Virus record (IMG/VR): IMGVR_UViG_3300033145_002388
Span: 8,132-72,131 of that record
DNA length: 64,000 bases
Direction: 5' to 3' (one strand)
DNA from: a virus
Made by a program: the position numbers and the translations under genes. The notes under the pieces are model-generated. The model ran no database searches. It worked only from the letters and a program-made list of their open reading frames with translations, and had not been told where the DNA came from. Below, one piece after another: positions 9,103-17,430 of this stretch. Position 1 is the stretch's first letter. Each line of letters opens with the position of its first letter.

Positions 9103-9312
9103 ATGGAAAATAAAAATTTTAAACAATTTATTGTTAAAACAATATGTCGTGCTGATTTAATTAATTATTTATCAACTAAACAAATTGATAAACTTGATGA
9201 TGATGATATGCAAGCTCTTGCAAGTAAAATTGGAGATAGTTTATCTGAATCTTATTGGGTTTCAGTTAAAACATTAGTAGATGAGTGTGATATTTTTGAT
9301 TTAAAAGGTTAA
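9103..9312 (+). CDS. Hypothetical protein
   Basis: ORF with AATTTATG leader; ICRADL...LDDDDMQALASKIGD. Confidence 0.55.
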   Translation: MENKNFKQFIVKTICRADLINYLSTKQIDKLDDDDMQALASKIGDSLSESYWVSVKTLVDECDIFDLKG

Positions 9313-9322
9313 CTTTATATTT

Positions 9323-9583
9323 ATGAAATTATTTAAAGTAAAATTTAATTCTAGATTATTTGATGAAATGAAATTACAGAAAATTCTTGAAAGAAATTCT
9401 AATCTTAAATTAGATATTTCTAGGATTAAGAATATAACTTTACAAATTGATCCTGCTTATCGATCAGGTATTTTAATTTGTAAAAATAAAAATAAAGTCG
9501 AAGTAGTCAGAGAGCGATGTGTTCCAGTTGGTTTAGATGATATTGATAGTGATTTTGAATTGCTTTGTGAATATGAGGTATAA
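9323..9583 (+). CDS. Hypothetical protein
   Basis: ORF directly upstream of rtcB. Confidence 0.55.
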   Translation: MKLFKVKFNSRLFDEMKLQKILERNSNLKLDISRIKNITLQIDPAYRSGILICKNKNKVEVVRERCVPVGLDDIDSDFELLCEYEV

Positions 9584-9584
9584 T

Positions 9585-10772
9585 ATGAAAAAAGTTTTAG
9601 TTTTACAAAAAAAATTAATAAAACTTTGGTCTGAAAATATTGAAGAAGGCGCATTAATTCAGCTAAAAAATCTTGCTAATTTACCATTTATTTTTAAGTG
9701 GATTTGTGCTATGCCAGATTGTCATCAAGGTTATGGTATGCCTATTGGTGGCGTAATGGCAACACAAGATGTTATAGTTCCTAATTGTGTAGGAGTTGAT
9801 ATTGGATGTGGTATATGTGCTGTAAGGACTTTTTTAACTGAAATAAATACTGATACTCTTAAGGAAATAATAGGGAAAATTAGGGAAGTTATACCAGTTG
9901 GGTTTAACAAACATAAAGAAAAATTACATTCAGGATTTTTACCAACTTATAAATTTGATACTGATTCAAAAACTTGTCCAATAGTTTATCAAGAATGGGA
10001 TAATGCTAGAAAATCTATCGGAACTCTTGGAGGAGGAAATCATTTTATAGAAATTCAAAAAGGCTCTGATGGATATATTTGGATTATGATACATAGTGGT
10101 TCAAGAAATTTAGGATATAAAGTAGCTAAACATTATAACGAAATTGCAAAGAAACTAAATAAAGAATGGTTTAGTTCGGTTCCAGAAAAATATGAATTAG
10201 CATTTTTACCCATTAAGAGTAAAGAAGGAAAAGCATATTTAAGAGAGATGAAATATTGTATCGAATTTGCTTTTGCTAATAGAAAGTTAATGATGCAACG
10301 AATTATAGAAATATTTTGTAATCAATTTAATATAGAAAATGTTGAAGATAGTTTTGATAAGTTAATAAACATAGCTCATAATTATGTTTCATTAGAAAAT
10401 CATTTTGGAAAAAATGTTTGGGTTCATAGAAAGGGCGCAACACTTGCCAAGAAAGGAACAATAGGAATAATTCCAGGAAGTCAGGGAACTAAATCATATA
10501 TTGTGGAGGGTCTTGGAAATCCAGATAGTTTTATGTCTTGTTCTCATGGAGCTGGAAGAATTATGGGAAGAAATCAAGCTAGAAAAGATTTAAATTTAAA
10601 AGAACAACAAGATAAATTAGATAAACAGGGTATTATTCATTCAATTAGAGGAATTGAGGATTTAGATGAAGCTCCTGATGCTTATAAAGATATTTCACAA
10701 GTAATGGAAAATCAAAAAGATTTAGTGAAAGTTTTGGTCGAGCTTTCACCATTAGCAGTTATTAAAGGTTAA
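9585..10772 (+). CDS. rtcB: RtcB-family RNA ligase (3'-phosphate or 2',3'-cyclic phosphate to 5'-OH)
   Basis: All hallmark motifs: MPDCHQGYGMPIGG, VGVDIGCG, GTLGGGNHFIE, HSGSR, HRKGAT, IIPGSQG, SHGAGR, DEAPDAYKDI. ATG at 9585 directly follows the upstream stop. Confidence 0.95.
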   Translation: MKKVLVLQKKLIKLWSENIEEGALIQLKNLANLPFIFKWICAMPDCHQGYGMPIGGVMATQDVIVPNCVGVDIGCGICAVRTFLTEINTDTLKEIIGKIREVIPVGFNKHKEKLHSGFLPTYKFDTDSKTCPIVYQEWDNARKSIGTLGGGNHFIEIQKGSDGYIWIMIHSGSRNLGYKVAKHYNEIAKKLNKEWFSSVPEKYELAFLPIKSKEGKAYLREMKYCIEFAFANRKLMMQRIIEIFCNQFNIENVEDSFDKLINIAHNYVSLENHFGKNVWVHRKGATLAKKGTIGIIPGSQGTKSYIVEGLGNPDSFMSCSHGAGRIMGRNQARKDLNLKEQQDKLDKQGIIHSIRGIEDLDEAPDAYKDISQVMENQKDLVKVLVELSPLAVIKG

Positions 10773-10773
10773 A

Positions 10774-11310
10774 ATGAAAAAAGTAAAATGTTTTAAGTGT
10801 AATAAAAAAGGAAATGCTAGAGAGTTTACTCATGTTTTTACTCTTAGTGTTTCAGATTTAAAACACTTAAAAGAATTAAAAAAGAATTATAATGGACAAA
10901 TTTTGAATTATCAAGAGATAAAGAAACAATTTAATGATGAGAGTAAAGCAAGAAAACAATTAAAGAAAACTAATTTCAATTTTCATATGTCTGATGTTGC
11001 TTATGAATTACATATTACCAATTTAATGAAATTACAAAGACTAATTAAAGAAAAAAAGCTTAAGATAAGAGGAAAAATTTGGAAAGCAAAAGATTTTAAG
11101 AATATTGGTCCTTCGGGTTTAAAAATTGATTTTAAGCGCTGTATTTGGATTTGTAAGAAATGTTTTGAACATACTTGTAAAAGATGTTCGATAGGTTTGT
11201 CTAATGAATGGCGTTGTCGATGTGAGGTTTATCATGGAGAATTTTATCCCAAGCATCCTAATTATTGTAAGAAATGTTGGGATGAAATGAAGCATGAGAA
11301 AAAAACTTAA
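10774..11310 (+). CDS. Cys-rich zinc-finger protein
   Basis: CFKC, CKKC, CKRC, CRC and CKKC. Confidence 0.6.
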   Translation: MKKVKCFKCNKKGNAREFTHVFTLSVSDLKHLKELKKNYNGQILNYQEIKKQFNDESKARKQLKKTNFNFHMSDVAYELHITNLMKLQRLIKEKKLKIRGKIWKAKDFKNIGPSGLKIDFKRCIWICKKCFEHTCKRCSIGLSNEWRCRCEVYHGEFYPKHPNYCKKCWDEMKHEKKT

Positions 11311-11336
11311 AGATTTAATTAATTAAAAAAATTTAT

Positions 11337-11654
11337 ATGAAAGAACTTAAAAAAACTATTGAAGAAATAGTTAAACATGGTGATGCTAGTAAGATTACTG
11401 AAAGAATTATGAAAGTAATTAAGGATTTGCCAAAATTTAATAGTTATTCTTCTATTTCAGATATAAAAAATAGAAGTATTTCTGCTAGAGTTGCCTTAAG
11501 GGCAGCAATAAATGCTTGGGATAAAATAGATACCACTAATTTAAAGAATGTTCAAGAATTAGCAAATGATTATTATGTTTGGCTTAGAGTTAAACAAGAA
11601 GCAGGAATGCTTAAAGAGGTTACTAAAGAGATAAATAAAATTGAACCTTTTTAA
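11337..11654 (+). CDS. Hypothetical protein
   Basis: ORF with AATTTATATG leader. Confidence 0.6.
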   Translation: MKELKKTIEEIVKHGDASKITERIMKVIKDLPKFNSYSSISDIKNRSISARVALRAAINAWDKIDTTNLKNVQELANDYYVWLRVKQEAGMLKEVTKEINKIEPF

Positions 11655-11699
11655 GAGATGAATTTAGTCTTATATAATTAAGTTAATAAAAAAAAGCTT

Positions 11700-12818
11700 A
11701 TGTATCCAGTAAATTTAAAGCAACTTAATGAGTTGCTTCCTTATTATTACAAGTTAAACAAACCTTTGTATTTATGGGGAAAACCAAGTACTGCAAAGTC
11801 TTCTATTATTAGACAATTTGCACAAGAAGAAGCGGTTAGACAAAAATTAAAATATTCTGAAGATGAATTTGGTCCAGATATCTTTACATGTAAAGTAATT
11901 CCTTTATCACAATTTGATGCTCCAGATTTAAGAGGAATGCCAGAAATAAAAAACAATACAACTGTATTTATTCCAGGAGCAGAACTTCCTCGGGATGGCC
12001 AAGGAATTATTTTCTTTGATGAAATGAATTTAGCTGATGAAATTGTTCGTAAGAGTATGTATATGTATATTTTAGAGGGAAGATATTCTAACCTTCCTCC
12101 TGTTGTAGACAAAGAAGGTAAATTAAAATATTGGAGAATTGCTGCTAGTAATGATGAAAGTGATTTTAGTAATGTTGGAAGATTAAGATTAGCTTTACTT
12201 AGAAGATTTCATCATTTAGAAGTGGTACCTGACTCAAAAGAAATTACAGATTATTTTTCTAAGATAGGGGGAAATCCAATGGTGATTGCTTTTTTACTTA
12301 ATTATCCATCTGAATTATTTCCTCAACCTTATGATGAAAAGATGCTTGAATTAAAAGCTAATCCTTTTCCATGTATGTGGGAATCAATATCTGATTTTAT
12401 GAATGCAAATCCAAAAATTAAATCTTCTCAATTAAGAATATTTGTTTCTTCTGCGGTTGGTAATGGCGCAGGCGCAAAATTTATAGGATTTATTACACTA
12501 GCTTCTAAATTAAAAATAGATGATTTAATAAAGAATCCGAAATTAGAAATTGAAAAAATATCTAAAGAACCTGAAAAAATTTCATTGCTGTATGCAGTAA
12601 TTGCTACTTTACAAGATAGATGGAATCATAATAAATTAACTCCAGCTCAAGTCGAAGGAGTTATAACATTCCTAGATTTAGAATTTCAAACTGCTTTTTT
12701 GAAAATGTTAATAGGAAATAGTAAAGGAAAAAGAAGATTGCCGAAACTTTTAGAATGTCCAAAAATTGTTAAGATAATGGAAAATTTAGGAGTCTATTTT
12801 GGTGATGATAATGAATAA
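11700..12818 (+). CDS. MoxR-like AAA+ ATPase
   Basis: Walker A variant LWGKPSTAKS, DLRGMP, Walker B IIFFDEMN, sensor AASN and Arg finger ALLRRF. Confidence 0.85.
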   Translation: MYPVNLKQLNELLPYYYKLNKPLYLWGKPSTAKSSIIRQFAQEEAVRQKLKYSEDEFGPDIFTCKVIPLSQFDAPDLRGMPEIKNNTTVFIPGAELPRDGQGIIFFDEMNLADEIVRKSMYMYILEGRYSNLPPVVDKEGKLKYWRIAASNDESDFSNVGRLRLALLRRFHHLEVVPDSKEITDYFSKIGGNPMVIAFLLNYPSELFPQPYDEKMLELKANPFPCMWESISDFMNANPKIKSSQLRIFVSSAVGNGAGAKFIGFITLASKLKIDDLIKNPKLEIEKISKEPEKISLLYAVIATLQDRWNHNKLTPAQVEGVITFLDLEFQTAFLKMLIGNSKGKRRLPKLLECPKIVKIMENLGVYFGDDNE

Positions 12819-14010
12819 AGAAAGATTTATGAAAGCAAAAATTCAAATGTTAGTTGATCAACCTTTCTTTGGACAGCTAGCTTCTTATTTAATTCCTATT
12901 GTAAATGATAAAATTTGTCCAACAATGGGTGTTAATCAATTGGGAGAATTATTTGTAAATTCTAAATGGGTTGATGCTTTAGCTTTTAATGAATTGAAAG
13001 GAGTTCTTATGCATGAAATATTACATTTAGCTTTCTTGCATCCTGTAAGATCAAAAGTTTTTGATAAGAAATTATATAATATTGCTGCTGATTTAAAAAT
13101 AAATGATTTGTTATTAAATGGAGAAAAATATAAAGTAAATTTGCCGAAGGATGGATTTCTTCCTAATTATAATCATAGTTGGGAAATGGATAAAATTAAA
13201 ATAGAAAAAATTGACGAGAAAACTACTGAACAAATTTATTATGAATTAGAAAAAGTTTATGAGACTTTGAAAGATAAAAAATATAGACAAGATTTAATAA
13301 TTGTTTCTGATAGAGATCAAAATAAGGAGTCTAAATCAGGATCTAAGTCACAATCAAAAAAGTATTCAGAAATTTCAGCAGAAAAATTACAACAAGCTAA
13401 AGATTTATGGACCGATAGAGTTAATTCAATTAAGATTCAAGGACTTTTACCAGGAGAAATTTCAAGAGCTTTAAATTCTTTAAGAGCGCATAAAATTACT
13501 TGGAATTCTTGGTTACACGGAAGATTTGCTCGATTAATTAAAGAAAGATCTTGGAGTCGTCCAAGTAAACGTTGGCTTCCTTGGTATTTTCCTGCTTCTA
13601 CTAAAGTTAAAGGCTTACGTTGTGTAATAGGAGTTGATACTTCAGGTTCAATTTCAGATAAAGAATATTCGGAAATTATTTCCGAACTTTATGGAATCTA
13701 TGTTGATTACAGAGGTGCTGTTGAAATGATTGTACTTGGTTGTGATTCTAAAGTACATAATGTTTATAATTTCAAAGATAATGAACAGGAGAAATTAAAG
13801 AAGATTAAAATGACTGGAGGAGGAGGAACAGATTTTCGTCCAGTATTTAATTGGATTAAAACAAAATTAAGACAACCAGTCGATTGTCTTATATATTTTA
13901 CAGATGGGTGTGGAAGTTTTCCTCAAAATTCTAATTTACCTTTTGAGGTGATTTGGGTTATTACTTCAAATATTGAGCCCCCATTTGGAAAAAGATTAAG
14001 TCTAAAATAA
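12811..14010 (+). CDS. DUF2201-type metallopeptidase + vWA domain protein
   Basis: PFFG...PTMGV...HEILH...NIAADLKIN; MIDAS GVDTSGSIS, GGGGTDFRPVF and YFTDG. Confidence 0.9.
   Translation: MNKERFMKAKIQMLVDQPFFGQLASYLIPIVNDKICPTMGVNQLGELFVNSKWVDALAFNELKGVLMHEILHLAFLHPVRSKVFDKKLYNIAADLKINDLLLNGEKYKVNLPKDGFLPNYNHSWEMDKIKIEKIDEKTTEQIYYELEKVYETLKDKKYRQDLIIVSDRDQNKESKSGSKSQSKKYSEISAEKLQQAKDLWTDRVNSIKIQGLLPGEISRALNSLRAHKITWNSWLHGRFARLIKERSWSRPSKRWLPWYFPASTKVKGLRCVIGVDTSGSISDKEYSEIISELYGIYVDYRGAVEMIVLGCDSKVHNVYNFKDNEQEKLKKIKMTGGGGTDFRPVFNWIKTKLRQPVDCLIYFTDGCGSFPQNSNLPFEVIWVITSNIEPPFGKRLSLK
13669..13685. repeat. 17-bp palindrome, copy 2 (TCGGAAATTATTTCCGA)
   Basis: Inside the vWA gene, encodes SEIISE; extends to a 19-bp palindrome. 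Confidence 0.9.
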
Positions 14011-14015
14011 ATATT

Positions 14016-14252
14016 ATGGCAGAAACAAAAATTAAAGTTCAAAAAGAAATATATGATTTTAAGTTATCATTTTCAATTGATAAAAAAGTAGAAACTCAAG
14101 GTTCGTATTCTCCTGATTATAGATTATTAAGAACGATGGATCAAGGTAGTTTTATTTTTCGTTGTAAAAGTTTAGAAGAAGCAAGAGAGTTTAGTCGGGC
14201 TTTTCTTTCATTATTAAAATTAAATAAAGAAAATGGAAATAAAGAAAAATAA
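14016..14252 (+). CDS. Hypothetical protein
   Basis: ORF in operon. Confidence 0.55.
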   Translation: MAETKIKVQKEIYDFKLSFSIDKKVETQGSYSPDYRLLRTMDQGSFIFRCKSLEEAREFSRAFLSLLKLNKENGNKEK

Positions 14253-15267
14253 AATTGAAAAATTTAAACTTCCTTTAAAATCAGATATTCTAAAATATTT
14301 TGAAGAATTAAAGGAAATAGATCTTAGAATAGAAAAGGAACAACAAGAAGTAGAAAATAAGTATTCTACACAAAAACTTAATGCACAATTTAAATTAGCA
14401 AAAGAAAAAATAAAATTTCATTTAAATTTAGAAAGAGAATTAAGAAAGAAAAAATATTTAGAAGCTTTTAATCTTTTAAAAGTAGTTAAAAGATTTCAAT
14501 CTAATTTGAATTATGCATTATATTTTGCTTGTGTAAAATTAGAAAGGATAGTTATAGATGGTTTTACTTTTCGTCCATATATTTCTTGGGATTCAAAAGT
14601 AGGAGCTGATTTTTTTCATTATAAATGTCAGCTTCCCTTAAAAAAATTAATAGCACTTTTTGATAAAGATCTTAAAATTTATCAAGAAAATAACAAATGG
14701 TTTTTGAATAAATTAGATTTATCAGTAATTTATGAACATCCAGCGGTAAATAAAGCTCTATTTTTAAAGCTCCTGAAAATTAAGAAAAAAATTCAAGATG
14801 TAATTGAGGAACTCGATCTTTATAATGTTTGTGGTTATAATTCAATTATGATTAACTTACCTGAATCTAATTTTGAAATTACTGAAAATGCTATTATATG
14901 CAGAGTGGGATCTTATTATAATGTAGAATCTTTTAAATTTTTATTTTCGAAAGATAATAATGAAGTATCCAGACTTGATCCTAAATTCAGATTTGAATTG
15001 GTTTATAAAGAAATAGATAATTTTTTATTGTTAAATTATGATGAAGCGATTAAAAAATATCCTGTTTTTGATTTTATAGATTCATTAAAGTATGATCTTT
15101 GCAAAGAAGATAAGATAACAAATTTACTTTCTGCTTTACAAAGTAATATTTTAATTAATACTCTTGATAAAATTAGAAGGCTTATTGATGTAATAAATGT
15201 AGAAGCTGAAAAATTATCTTGTTATGAGAAAAGGTCATTAAGTTTAATTAAATTACTTAAAAAATAA
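14233..15267 (+). CDS. Hypothetical protein
   Basis: 344-aa ORF with helical termini; no motif recognised. Confidence 0.65.
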   Translation: MEIKKNKIEKFKLPLKSDILKYFEELKEIDLRIEKEQQEVENKYSTQKLNAQFKLAKEKIKFHLNLERELRKKKYLEAFNLLKVVKRFQSNLNYALYFACVKLERIVIDGFTFRPYISWDSKVGADFFHYKCQLPLKKLIALFDKDLKIYQENNKWFLNKLDLSVIYEHPAVNKALFLKLLKIKKKIQDVIEELDLYNVCGYNSIMINLPESNFEITENAIICRVGSYYNVESFKFLFSKDNNEVSRLDPKFRFELVYKEIDNFLLLNYDEAIKKYPVFDFIDSLKYDLCKEDKITNLLSALQSNILINTLDKIRRLIDVINVEAEKLSCYEKRSLSLIKLLKK

Positions 15268-15271
15268 TTGT

Positions 15272-16234
15272 ATGGAAAAAAATATCTTTGAAGAAGCAGA
15301 TAAATCATTAAAGAAGATTATTAAACTACAACAATCTGATTTTAAATTAAGAGTAAAATTAATAGAAACTATTTCGAATCATCCAGTAATTAAACTAATG
15401 AGTAGAGTTCAGAAAATAATCTGGAATGAATCTAATAATATGGATTATCTGGTTAGATCAATTCCATATCCTCTTAGGGTTCCCTTAGTTGTAGTAAAAA
15501 GTTCTATTTCTAATTATAATAATCTTAAAAATCCTATTTTTCATAGAAACTTTGGAATAAAAGGTAAGTCATCTTATGATTCTTTTAATCAATTTAGTTT
15601 ATTAATTGAAAGTTCTAAGCTTATTAAAGATAATCAGCTTTTTCTTAATTCAGAGGATTTGATTATAGATTTAGAACCTGCTTTATATTCTGCTAAAAAA
15701 ATTAATCATAGTAATTTAGATTTATTAATAACTTTAATTAAACATTTTAATTCTGATTATAAAATGTATTGGGAGTTTCCTTTTAAATGTGAAAATGAAA
15801 TGGGATTTTTAAAGTTTGATTTTTCTAGATCATTATCATTAAAATCTGGTGAACCAACTCTTAATTTAGAATTTGGTTCTAAGGTTTCCAGTAATTATCG
15901 AAATAAAATAGGATTTTTTGATTTCTTTGGTTATTCTATATCAAGAATCTGTAGAGGAATTTTAGGTAATGGATATTCTCTTTCTTCTTCTGATTATTTT
16001 TCAATTGATTATCGTTATGAATTAAATATTAAAAAGAAAATTGATGATTTTGAAAGATTAGAAAAATATGAAACTCAACTTAGAGGATTCCTAAGTAAAT
16101 GGAATGAAATTGATAAAAGTCTTAATGATTTTTATAGATCAAATAAATTTAAATTTGATTTGATTTTATCAGATTATGAAAAGTTTACTAAAAAAATTAA
16201 GTCTTATGAATTATTACAGAAATTAAAAAAATGA
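15272..16234 (+). CDS. Hypothetical protein
   Basis: 320-aa ORF; no motif recognised. Confidence 0.65.
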   Translation: MEKNIFEEADKSLKKIIKLQQSDFKLRVKLIETISNHPVIKLMSRVQKIIWNESNNMDYLVRSIPYPLRVPLVVVKSSISNYNNLKNPIFHRNFGIKGKSSYDSFNQFSLLIESSKLIKDNQLFLNSEDLIIDLEPALYSAKKINHSNLDLLITLIKHFNSDYKMYWEFPFKCENEMGFLKFDFSRSLSLKSGEPTLNLEFGSKVSSNYRNKIGFFDFFGYSISRICRGILGNGYSLSSSDYFSIDYRYELNIKKKIDDFERLEKYETQLRGFLSKWNEIDKSLNDFYRSNKFKFDLILSDYEKFTKKIKSYELLQKLKK

Positions 16235-16734
16235 TAAATAAAATTAAAAACTTTTCTTTACAAAGTTTAAATTTACCTAGTTACTTTGATGTAGTAAAAA
16301 GTCTTTTAACGTATGAAGAATCTGATTGTTGGAGTATTAATCATGAATTAGTTTTTGGTTATAAAAAGAATTCTAAAAAGAGTTGGGAAGAAATACAATT
16401 AATTATTGCGCATGAAATTATGCATTTAATTCTTTTGCATCCTTTTATTAAAAAACCTGATTGTGAATTTCTGTTTCAGAAAGCTTGTGATTATGTTGTG
16501 AATGGAATGTTAATTAATAAATATGGCTTAAAGGATTTAAAGAAATATGCAATATATAAACCTGATGAAAAATGGAATGTTAAGGAATGTAATAAATTGA
16601 TTTGTATTAAAAATTTATCAAGTATTGAATTATTTTTTAAATTTTGTAAACTTAATAATAGAAAAGAATTCAAGATAGATTTTTTAATTTTAGAAATGGC
16701 TAATTTTATTTCTCAATGTAAAGAAAAAGTTTAG
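16231..16734 (+). CDS. Stand-alone DUF2201_N-like HExxH metallopeptidase
   Basis: IIAHEIMHLILLHP...QKACDYVVN parallels VLMHEILHLAFLHP...NIAADLKIN in 12811..14010. Confidence 0.7.
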   Translation: MINKIKNFSLQSLNLPSYFDVVKSLLTYEESDCWSINHELVFGYKKNSKKSWEEIQLIIAHEIMHLILLHPFIKKPDCEFLFQKACDYVVNGMLINKYGLKDLKKYAIYKPDEKWNVKECNKLICIKNLSSIELFFKFCKLNNRKEFKIDFLILEMANFISQCKEKV

Positions 16735-16742
16735 GATTCATG

Positions 16743-16794
16743 AAAAAAAAGTTAGGACTCTGGCTTTTATTGCCAGGGTCTTGACTTTTTTTTT
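16743..16794. terminator. Bidirectional-type intrinsic terminator
   Basis: A8-GTTAGGACTCTGGC / GCCAGGGTCTTGAC-T9, with G-U pairs. Confidence 0.85.
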
Positions 16795-16813
16795 CTTTTA
16801 TCTAAAATATAAT
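16781..16813 (+). promoter_or_regulatory. Candidate sigma-70 promoter for the head operon
   Basis: TTGACT at 16781 and TAAAAT at 16803 (16-bp spacer); TATAAT at 16808. Confidence 0.5.
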
Positions 16814-16830
16814 TAAATTTCCTACGTATT

Positions 16831-17130
16831 ATGATTTTACCTAAATTAGTTAAAGTTTTATTTAGAATTCATTTAAATCTTTTTGAAAATAAACATCAAT
16901 GTTGGGTTGATAATAAACCGTTTGTTTTGAATAAAATTAAAATTCGTGGGACTGGAAAAGATTTGCGTTATTATTTATTTGGTTCTTATATGTTAATAGA
17001 ACAAAACCCTTATAAGAATACTCAAGAAGCTAAGTTAGCCAGAAAGGGGGAGAAAATTACTTGGTTAATCGAAACTAAAACTGATAAATATTTATATAGA
17101 ATTAATCAAAATAAAATTAAAAAATTATGA
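16831..17130 (+). CDS. Hypothetical protein
   Basis: EQNPYKNTQEAKLARKGEKITW motif; first gene of the head operon. Confidence 0.6.
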   Translation: MILPKLVKVLFRIHLNLFENKHQCWVDNKPFVLNKIKIRGTGKDLRYYLFGSYMLIEQNPYKNTQEAKLARKGEKITWLIETKTDKYLYRINQNKIKKL

Positions 17131-17429
17131 TTACTCAATTAAAGGAGGTAAAAAAAGAAGAGATTAAAAAACCATCGGTAGTAATTCCCCCTTTAGATTC
17201 AGAGAAAAAAGAAAAATCAAACTGTTATCAAGATTATCCTCATATAAAAACATTAGGAAGATTTAGTAAATTTATTATTATTAGTTGTTCTTTATCTATA
17301 TTTTTTTTAGCAGGGACAATTTTTATTTCAAATTTAAATACTGCTTTAAGTTTTAAAATAATTTCGGTAATCACTTTATTTTTATTTGTATTTGATCTTT
17401 TACATTCTTATAAATTCTTTTTTAAATAA
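17127..17429 (+). CDS. Two-TM membrane protein
   Basis: Two hydrophobic segments in the C-terminal half. Confidence 0.6.
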   Translation: MITQLKEVKKEEIKKPSVVIPPLDSEKKEKSNCYQDYPHIKTLGRFSKFIIISCSLSIFFLAGTIFISNLNTALSFKIISVITLFLFVFDLLHSYKFFFK

Positions 17430-17430
17430 T

